Assembly: GCA_037440365.1 (NCBI GenBank)
Contig: JBBIUF010000101.1
Coordinates: forward strand, 1-12,743
DNA length: 12,743 nt
Direction of reading: 5' to 3'
Source: Chloroflexota bacterium
Lineage (GTDB): Bacteria; Chloroflexota; Anaerolineae; UBA4142
The number at the start of each line of letters is the position of its first letter. The stretch's first letter is position 1. The notes beneath the pieces were generated by a model that was given only the letters and a program-made list of their open reading frames with translations, made no database searches and was not told where the DNA came from. Both the position numbers and the translations under genes were made by a program. Below are positions 6,445 through 12,743 of this stretch, piece after piece.

Positions 6445-7623
6445 ATGAATCGCACTCGAATCATTTTCTTTGCTGTCGTTTTGCTTGCGCTGATTATCGT
6501 CGGCGTTTCGTTTTTGGCGTCGCAACTGTCCGGGAATATCCCAAACCCAACCGCGCAACCGATCCAGGTGCGCGTGGTCAGCGCGTTGCCCATCGAACCC
6601 TGGGTGAGCGAAGCGGCGCAAAAATTCAACGCCGAAAAACACACCGAAGACGGGCGAACGATTATTATCACGGTGACGCCGATGGACAGCGTGACCGCAC
6701 TCGGCAAATGGGATCGCGGCGAGTTCAACCCGATTCCGACGGTGTGGATTCCCGACAGCCGCTATCTCGTCGAATTGGTCAACGCAACGTATAGCGCCAA
6801 GTTGGGACGCGATGTGTTCCTGACCGACGGCGAATATCGCGCGCGCCCATTGGCGACCTCGCTGTTTTCCTGGGGCATTTACGATAGCCGCTACCAGGTG
6901 TTGACCAAAAAGTTTAACACGGTGGATTGGAAAGTGATCCACGATGCGGCGACTGCCAAAGGCGGCTGGCCCGACCTGGGTGGACAATCGGCGTGGGGCT
7001 ATTTCAAATTGATTGTGCCGAATCCGCGCAAAAATGCGGCGGGTTTGCTAGCGATGGTATCTGCCGCGGGCGAGTACTATGACAAGGCGGCGATCACCAC
7101 TGAAGATGTCACGAATCCAAAATTTCAAACCTGGCTGAAAGAGTTGATGGGGTCGGTCACCGATTTCTCGTCGCTGTCGGCGTACTCGGTGGAAGACCTG
7201 GCACTGTTCGGCTATTCGGTTGGCGATGGCGGGCAATTGCTGGAAAGCGATTTGCTCGTGAACATGAACGGGATTCAAACACGCTGGGCGGATCCTCTAC
7301 GGATTGTCTATCCCAAATATCTGACCTGGTTTGATTTTCCGTTTACAACATGGATGGGACCGGAAACGAGCGCGTCGGAAAAGAATGCCGCGTTACAATT
7401 TGAAAAATTCTTGTTGACCGCGCCGATTCAAACGGCGGCGGCGGCGCGCGGTTTTCGTCCCGCGAACACGGACGTTTCGATTTCCGGTGCTGATAGCTTG
7501 TTTGTGAAATGGCAAGGACAGGGTGCGCAACCCAAAGTTGCCAGTACCGCGCGGATGCGTCCGCCGGATCGCGAGACTCTGCAAGCGTTGTTGCGTTGGT
7601 TTGATCTGAACGTGGCCAAGTGA
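6445..7623 (+). CDS. membrane-anchored extracytoplasmic substrate-binding-protein-like (SBP_bac_11-like) domain protein
   Basis: 392 aa from ATG 6445, AAGGA 8 nt upstream. The longer ORF start at 6406 lies inside the hairpin. N-terminus MNRTR plus TM helix IIFFAVVLLALIIVGVSFLA, N-in. The remainder is paralogous to the N-terminal two-thirds of the next gene, with the conserved post-TM FLASQxS. Confidence 0.65.
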   Translation: MNRTRIIFFAVVLLALIIVGVSFLASQLSGNIPNPTAQPIQVRVVSALPIEPWVSEAAQKFNAEKHTEDGRTIIITVTPMDSVTALGKWDRGEFNPIPTVWIPDSRYLVELVNATYSAKLGRDVFLTDGEYRARPLATSLFSWGIYDSRYQVLTKKFNTVDWKVIHDAATAKGGWPDLGGQSAWGYFKLIVPNPRKNAAGLLAMVSAAGEYYDKAAITTEDVTNPKFQTWLKELMGSVTDFSSLSAYSVEDLALFGYSVGDGGQLLESDLLVNMNGIQTRWADPLRIVYPKYLTWFDFPFTTWMGPETSASEKNAALQFEKFLLTAPIQTAAAARGFRPANTDVSISGADSLFVKWQGQGAQPKVASTARMRPPDRETLQALLRWFDLNVAK

Positions 7624-7631
7624 GGCGCGCA

Positions 7632-9302
7632 ATGAAACAGAAACGAAATCCCGCTTTCAATTGGGCGAATGGTTGCGCGCTCACCGCCGTCCTCGGCGTT
7701 GTGTTTGCGCTCGTTGCGGTTTTGTGCGGCGTCACATTCCTCGCGTCGCAGTTTAGTTCGCCGACCCCTGCGCCCGCGCCGTTGAATGCGAAACTTGACC
7801 TGGCTTACTCGCCGGAAAAAGACGCGCTGATGCAAGACTTGGTGGCGCGCTTTAACCAGGCGAATTACAAAACGCCGTCCGGCTTGCCAATGCAGATCGT
7901 TGCAACCAAAATGGACGCGGCAGACATAGTGGATGCGGCGCGCGCGGGCAAATTTACCGCGATTAGTCCTGACTCATCGCTGTGGCTCGCGCAAGTGGAT
8001 GCTGGGCGTGACACTCCGCTCGTGGGCGAATCCACGCGCTTTGCGGTGACGCCGATCGTGATCGCAACTTGGAACGATGTTGCGCAGTCGCTCGGCTATC
8101 CGCAGAAACCAATTGGCTGGCAGGATATATTGACCCGAGCCAAGACCGATTCGAATTTCAAATGGAGCCACCCCTCGTCGAGCACGGCGAGCGGCGTGCT
8201 GGCAACACTCGCCGAATTTTACGCGGGCGCGGGCAAGACGCGCAACCTCACGGACGATGATCTGAAAAATCGCGCGACGCTGGATTATGTTGCCGCGCTT
8301 GAAAAAACGGTGCGCTCTTACGGCGAAGGCGAACAGGCGACGATTGATCAAGTCAGCGCGCGCGGACGCACATACCTCGATGCGTTCGTGGTCTCTGAGC
8401 GCATGGTGATTTATTACAATAGCAAGTCGGCGCAAAAGTTGGTGGCGATCTACCCGGCGGAAGGCACGCTGTGGCAAGATCATCCGCTGGCATTGCTTGA
8501 GCAACCTGGGTTGACGGATGATCAGCGTTTGACCTATCGCAAGTTCCGCGATTTTCTGCTTTCGGCGCAAGTTCAGAAATTAGTGTTGCAAGCCGGGTAT
8601 CGTCCGGTGGATTTGAATTTGCGCTTGGCTGATCCTGCATCGCCGATCAAAACGGCGAATGGCGTTGATCCCGCGCAACCGCAGACGACGTTGCAAATGC
8701 CGAGCGCGGCAATTCTTGCGCAAGTGCAATCGGCGTGGTACCTCACGAAACGCGCGGCAAACATTTACCTTGTCGCCGATACATCGGGCAGTATGGCAGA
8801 CCAGGACAAGTTGAAACAAGCCCAGGACGCGCTGAACACATTTCTCGATCAAGTGCAAGGCAACCAAGATCGCGTTGGCTTGGTGCCATTTGCGAACAGC
8901 GTCTATGGCACGGTCGCGTTGACGGATGTGAGCACGCAACGCGATGCGCTCAAGCGCCAAGTTGGCGCGCTCGCGGCGAACGGGCGCACGGCGTTGTACG
9001 ATGCCGTCTCGTTTGCCTATGACGATTTGCAAAAGCGCGGCGACCGCGACCGCATCAATGCAATTGTGGTGATGACTGATGGCATTGAAAACGCTTCGAC
9101 CATTTCGCAGAGCGCGTTGATCCAAAAAATCAAGCAAGGCAATCAGCGCGGCGTGCCGGTTCTGATCTTTTGCATTGGCTATGGCAATGACGCGGATTTC
9201 AGCATCTTGAACGCGCTTGCGGATGCGACTGGCGGACAAGCGCGCCGCGCTGACCCGGAAACAATTCAAAAGCTGTATAAAATTCTTTCGACGTACTTCT
9301 AA
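7632..9302 (+). CDS. membrane-anchored extracytoplasmic SBP-like domain fused to C-terminal von Willebrand factor A (VWA) domain with complete MIDAS
   Basis: ATG 7632 with GAGG 7 nt upstream. A GTG at 7620 overlaps the previous stop as GTGA. N-terminal KQKR plus a TM helix. The SBP-like region (VAIYPAEGTLWQDHPLALL, PIVIATWNDVAQSLGY) precedes a VWA domain with MIDAS DTSGSM (DxSxS). Downstream MIDAS residues are T in GRTALYDAV and D in MTDGIEN. Confidence 0.75.
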   Translation: MKQKRNPAFNWANGCALTAVLGVVFALVAVLCGVTFLASQFSSPTPAPAPLNAKLDLAYSPEKDALMQDLVARFNQANYKTPSGLPMQIVATKMDAADIVDAARAGKFTAISPDSSLWLAQVDAGRDTPLVGESTRFAVTPIVIATWNDVAQSLGYPQKPIGWQDILTRAKTDSNFKWSHPSSSTASGVLATLAEFYAGAGKTRNLTDDDLKNRATLDYVAALEKTVRSYGEGEQATIDQVSARGRTYLDAFVVSERMVIYYNSKSAQKLVAIYPAEGTLWQDHPLALLEQPGLTDDQRLTYRKFRDFLLSAQVQKLVLQAGYRPVDLNLRLADPASPIKTANGVDPAQPQTTLQMPSAAILAQVQSAWYLTKRAANIYLVADTSGSMADQDKLKQAQDALNTFLDQVQGNQDRVGLVPFANSVYGTVALTDVSTQRDALKRQVGALAANGRTALYDAVSFAYDDLQKRGDRDRINAIVVMTDGIENASTISQSALIQKIKQGNQRGVPVLIFCIGYGNDADFSILNALADATGGQARRADPETIQKLYKILSTYF

Positions 9303-9307
9303 GTCTA

Positions 9308-9328
9308 GCGCGAGCCGCTGGCTCGCGT
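9308..9328 (+). promoter_or_regulatory. GC-rich hairpin between VWA gene and flotillin gene
   Basis: CGCGAGCC (9309-9316) pairs with GGCTCGCG (9320-9327), 3-nt loop, no U-tract. It lies between TAA 9300-9302 and the AAGGA RBS at 9330. Confidence 0.35.
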
Positions 9329-9338
9329 AAAGGAAAAA

Positions 9339-11324
9339 ATGTCCAACCTATTAATTTCGATGATTGTCTTGGTCCTCGTCGTGCTGGTCATTGTTGCCGT
9401 ATTGATCGCGCTTTCGGGATTTCGCTTTATCCCAAACAATCGGATCGGCATCGTCGAAAAAAGAGTGAGCGGCAAAGGTTCGATTAAAGCTGGGTTTATC
9501 GCGCTCGCCGGTGAAGCGGGCTTTCAGCCGAATGTGTTGCGCGGTGGCTTGCATTACTTGATGCCGATTCAGTATGCCGTTCACGTGATGCCGTTAGTCA
9601 CGATCACCCAGGGCAAGATCGGTTACGTGTTTGCGCGTGACGGCAAGCAACTCGATGCGACCCAGGTGCTGGCGTCGAACTTGACGGTTAGTGATTTTCA
9701 AGATGTGGAAGCATTCCTCGCGAATGGGGGTCAGCGCGGTCCGCAACGCCGCATTTTGCGTGAAGGCACGTATGCGATCAACTTGTTGCAGTTCGTTGTC
9801 ATCACTGAAGAGCGCGTCTTTTCTTTGCCGCTCAACCGCGACGAAGCCGAGACGATTCGCAAAATGGCAGATGTCATTGCCGAACGGAACGGTTTCCGTC
9901 CGATCGTGATCAAAGACACGGATGATAATGTCGGCATCGTCACGGTGCATGATGGTCCGTCGCTGGCGCAAGGCGAAATCATCGCGTCAATTGTGGGTAC
10001 GACGGTGGCGAACACCGATACCTATCACAACAATTTCCAAGACGCCGATAAATTTTTGACGGCGGGCGGATCACGTGGGCGCCAGCTCCAAGTGCTCGTC
10101 GAAGGCACGTACTATATCAATCGTTTCTTTGCGACGGTCGAAATGATCAAAAAGACGATTGTCGAAGTGGGCACGGTGGGCGTCGTCGTGTCGTATACCG
10201 GTGAACAAGGCGAGGACTTGTCCGGCAAGGAATACCGGCACGGCGAGATGGTGGAAAAGGGCAAACGTGGTGTGTGGAGCGAGGCGTTGATGCCGGGCAA
10301 GTACGCGTTCAACACGTACGCCGGCAAAGTGATTATTGTGCCGACGACGAACATTATTCTGAAATGGATTCGGAATGAGGTTGGCTCGCACCGGCTCGAC
10401 GAAAACTTGTCGGAAGTGTCGCTCATTACCAAAGACGCGTTCGAGCCATCACTGCCGTTGTCGGTGGTGATTCATATTGATTATCAAAAAGCGCCGTTGG
10501 TCATTCAACGCTTTGGCGATATTAAACGGCTCGTCGAGCAAACGCTCGATCCGATGGTGTCGGCGTATTTCAAGAACATTGGGCAGACGCGCACGTTGAT
10601 TCAACTCTTGCAAGAGCGGAGTGTGATTCAACAAATTGCCAGTCAAGAAATGAAGGACAAGTTTTTGCACTATAATCTCGAACTGGAAGAAGTGCTGATC
10701 GGCACGCCGACTTCATTGGCGGGCGATCAACAGATCGAAACGATCTTGACCCAGTTGCGTTCGCGCCAAGTGGCGACCGAACAGGTTGAGACGTATGCGC
10801 GGCAAGAGACGGCCGCGGTCAAGGAACGTGAGTTGCGCGAGGCGCAATCACGCGCGCAAATGCAACAGCACATTACCGAGTCCGAGTTGAGCATCACGGT
10901 TCAATCGAACCAGGGTAAAGCCGAATATCAACGCGCGGTGCAACAAGCGGCGCAGATTCGTACGCTCGCCGAAGCGGAATCGGAAAAGGTGGCGCGCATC
11001 GGTATCGCGCAAGCGTTGGCGATTGAAGAACAAGTGCGCGCATATGGCGGACCGCAATACCAAGTTACCCAGACCGTGCTCAATCGTTTCGCCGAAGCAA
11101 TTCAACAATCGGGCGTGGATGTGGTGCCGCGTGTGTTGATCAGCGGCGGCGACGACAAGCAAGGCGGCAGTGGGAATGTGATGGAAGGTTTGCTCACGCT
11201 CTTGCTGTCGGAACGCATGGGCGTCTCGGCGACCCAGGATGCGCAACGCTCGCCGGAAGCCGAAGCCTTGCGTGAACAAATCAAGGCAAGTATGAAAGCG
11301 GAAAAGAAAGACGAAACCAAGTAG
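9339..11324 (+). CDS. flotillin-like SPFH/Band-7 family protein (FloT/YqiK-type, extended N-terminal region)
   Basis: 661 aa. N-terminal hydrophobic hairpin MSNLLISMIVLVLVVLVIVAVLIAL. SPFH region. Long Glu/Ala/Gln-rich coiled coil. C-terminal ...GIAQALAIEEQVRAYGGPQYQVTQTVLNRFAEAIQQSGVDVVPRVLISGGDDKQGGSG aligns with the B. subtilis FloT C-terminus (...ITVVDTGGSG). Confidence 0.85.
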   Translation: MSNLLISMIVLVLVVLVIVAVLIALSGFRFIPNNRIGIVEKRVSGKGSIKAGFIALAGEAGFQPNVLRGGLHYLMPIQYAVHVMPLVTITQGKIGYVFARDGKQLDATQVLASNLTVSDFQDVEAFLANGGQRGPQRRILREGTYAINLLQFVVITEERVFSLPLNRDEAETIRKMADVIAERNGFRPIVIKDTDDNVGIVTVHDGPSLAQGEIIASIVGTTVANTDTYHNNFQDADKFLTAGGSRGRQLQVLVEGTYYINRFFATVEMIKKTIVEVGTVGVVVSYTGEQGEDLSGKEYRHGEMVEKGKRGVWSEALMPGKYAFNTYAGKVIIVPTTNIILKWIRNEVGSHRLDENLSEVSLITKDAFEPSLPLSVVIHIDYQKAPLVIQRFGDIKRLVEQTLDPMVSAYFKNIGQTRTLIQLLQERSVIQQIASQEMKDKFLHYNLELEEVLIGTPTSLAGDQQIETILTQLRSRQVATEQVETYARQETAAVKERELREAQSRAQMQQHITESELSITVQSNQGKAEYQRAVQQAAQIRTLAEAESEKVARIGIAQALAIEEQVRAYGGPQYQVTQTVLNRFAEAIQQSGVDVVPRVLISGGDDKQGGSGNVMEGLLTLLLSERMGVSATQDAQRSPEAEALREQIKASMKAEKKDETK

Positions 11325-11352
11325 TTGATTGATGCAGAGGTGCATTGGAGCG

Positions 11353-11399
11353 GAGGAGCAAGGGAGCGTCTCCTCTGCGCCTCTGCACCCTTGCTCCTC
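11353..11399 (+). promoter_or_regulatory. 12-bp-stem hairpin with repeated CCTCTGC motifs between flotillin gene and next CDS
   Basis: GAGGAGCAAGGG (11353-11364) pairs with CCCTTGCTCCTC (11388-11399). The 23-nt loop contains CCTCTGC twice (11372-11378, 11380-11386), complementary to GCAGAGG at 11333-11339. Not followed by a U-run. Confidence 0.4.
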
Positions 11400-11410
11400 T
11401 GCTGAAAATT

Positions 11411-12220
11411 ATGAAGTCACCCGACATTAGAAACCGCGCCTGGTCCGCCATTCTCGCATATGCAATTTTTCGCTGGGAGAGCGCGGCAACCATCGCGTTT
11501 ACAATTCTGCTTGCGTATTTTGTCCCGCGTCCGTTTGAGTGGTTCCAGTGGTGGTACTGGCTCGTGATCGGCTTGGTCGCCGAGTTATTGATCATTTGGA
11601 GTAGCATCGGCGATGTGAACACCGGTGCGCAAGTGGTCGCCGATATGTTTCGGCAGGAATTTAATCCTGGGGCGATCAAGAGCCAAAAGTATCGCGCTCT
11701 GGTCGAACGCGCGCTCGACTATCGCACGCGCATCGAAGAGATGATTCGCAAAAGCGAAGCTGGGATCTTGCGCGATCACTTGCAATCGTCCACGGCGGGC
11801 ATTTCGGATTGGATCGCGCAAATTTTTCGCCTGGCGCAACGGCTCGATGCGTTCGAGAGTGACACGGTGATCAAACAGGATGCCGCCGCCACGCCGCGCG
11901 AAATCGCCGACTTGACGACGCGCGTGCAACGCGAGCATGATGCGACAGTGCGCGCGCAAGCGCAGCGCACGCTCGATTCCAAAAAAGAACAATTGGCGAA
12001 TATTGAAAAATTGACGAACACGATGGAAAACGCCGATTTGCAACTCGACGCGACGCTCACGGCGTTGGGCACGGTCTATTCGCAGTTGATGTTGATTCAC
12101 TCAAAAGATGATATTGAGGATAGTCGATCGCAACGATTGCAGAGTGACATTGCAGAGCAGATTTCGCAGTTGAATGATTTGCAGGGATCAATGGACGAGG
12201 TGTATCAACGTAAAACCTGA
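11411..12220 (+). CDS. membrane-anchored coiled-coil protein (two N-terminal TM helices plus about 190-aa cytoplasmic helical domain); family unassigned, XpaC-like architecture
   Basis: ATG 11411 (MKSPDIRNR...) with no clear SD. The alternative TTG 11345 would add a 22-aa extension encoded by the hairpin. TM helices ATIAFTILLAYFVPRPF and WWYWLVIGLVAELLIIWSSI. The rest is a charged, Q/E/R-rich helical region. Stop TGA at 12218-12220. Confidence 0.5.
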   Translation: MKSPDIRNRAWSAILAYAIFRWESAATIAFTILLAYFVPRPFEWFQWWYWLVIGLVAELLIIWSSIGDVNTGAQVVADMFRQEFNPGAIKSQKYRALVERALDYRTRIEEMIRKSEAGILRDHLQSSTAGISDWIAQIFRLAQRLDAFESDTVIKQDAAATPREIADLTTRVQREHDATVRAQAQRTLDSKKEQLANIEKLTNTMENADLQLDATLTALGTVYSQLMLIHSKDDIEDSRSQRLQSDIAEQISQLNDLQGSMDEVYQRKT

Positions 12221-12261
12221 TACGTGATACGTGGGTAGAAAAGGCGATAAGGTAAATTAAA

Positions 12262-12743
12262 ATGAGCGGTAAAATTTTGGTCACGTATGCAAGTAAAACC
12301 GGATCGACAGCTGGGGTTGCCGAAGCGATTGGCAAAACTCTAGCCGAAGGCGGCGCGCAGGTGGATGTTCTGCCAATGCAAGCGGTAAACGATCTAGATT
12401 CGTACGGTGCGGTGGTGGCGGGGAGCGCGATCCGTGATCGCAAGTGGTTGCCCGAGGCGATGCAATTTGTGCGGACGCATCAAGCGACGTTGGCGCGCAA
12501 ACCATTCGCCACGTTTTTGGTCTGCATGACGCTGGCGATGCCGAACGGAGAAAAGTACCGTGATTTTGTAGTAGACTTGGCGCAACCTGTGCGCGCGCTG
12601 GTCAAACCCGTGCGCGAAGGTCAATTTGCGGGCGCGCTCGACATTAGCAAATTATCGTCGTGGGGTGATCGGCTGAAATTTCGGATGAGCGTGGCGCTGG
12701 GCGTTTGGAAGGAAGGCGATCACCGTGATTGGAATGCGATTCG
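12262..12743 (+). CDS. flavodoxin-like fold protein (Flavodoxin_5/HemG-like), 3'-truncated by window edge
   Basis: Manual translation of frame 1 from ATG 12262 is open to the window end. It reads MSGKILVTYASKTGSTAGVAEAIGKTL..., the flavodoxin FMN-binding loop pattern. GDHRDWNAI near the end is typical of this subfamily. The ORF is absent from the supplied track because no stop falls inside the window. Confidence 0.65.
   Translation, partial: MSGKILVTYASKTGSTAGVAEAIGKTLAEGGAQVDVLPMQAVNDLDSYGAVVAGSAIRDRKWLPEAMQFVRTHQATLARKPFATFLVCMTLAMPNGEKYRDFVVDLAQPVRALVKPVREGQFAGALDISKLSSWGDRLKFRMSVALGVWKEGDHRDWNAI

Noticed and set aside
1-12743. CRISPR arrays, tRNA/rRNA genes, transposase/integrase genes or terminal inverted repeats
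   Set aside because: No spaced identical repeats, no cloverleaf-like conserved tRNA sequences, and no recombinase-like ORFs were found.

Overview
High-GC bacterial window, possibly Chloroflexota-like, though that is only an impression from sequence style. No rRNA, tRNA, CRISPR array or mobile element was seen. Three blocks are present. Block 1 (1-3902) holds the 3' end of a PD-(D/E)XK (RecB-like) nuclease gene on the + strand, a bidirectional hairpin terminator, and three minus-strand genes. These are a small multi-pass LiaI/LiaF-TM-like membrane protein with its own promoter, a secreted GH44-like glycoside hydrolase with an N-terminal CBM-like domain, and a VOC/glyoxalase gene overlapping the hydrolase start in an ATGA junction. 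Block 2 (3903-5685) is a divergent promoter region followed by a gene for a P-loop (AAA_16/STAND-like) NTPase fused to a C-terminal OmpR/PhoB-type winged-helix DNA-binding domain. Direct repeats and a palindrome lie downstream of it. Block 3 (5686-12220) is the most interesting. It is a co-directional, tightly spaced operon of pspA/IM30, two paralogous membrane-anchored extracytoplasmic SBP-like proteins (the second with a complete VWA/MIDAS domain), a long flotillin (SPFH) homologue with an internal duplication, and a two-TM-anchored coiled-coil protein. GC-rich stem-loops separate most of these genes. A flavodoxin-like gene runs off the 3' edge. PspA with an SPFH partner is known, for example pspA-ydjGHI in B. 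subtilis. The insertion of tandem extracytoplasmic SBP-like/VWA proteins, and a STAND-wHTH regulator directly upstream, looks like an undescribed elaboration of the Psp envelope-stress and membrane-maintenance module.
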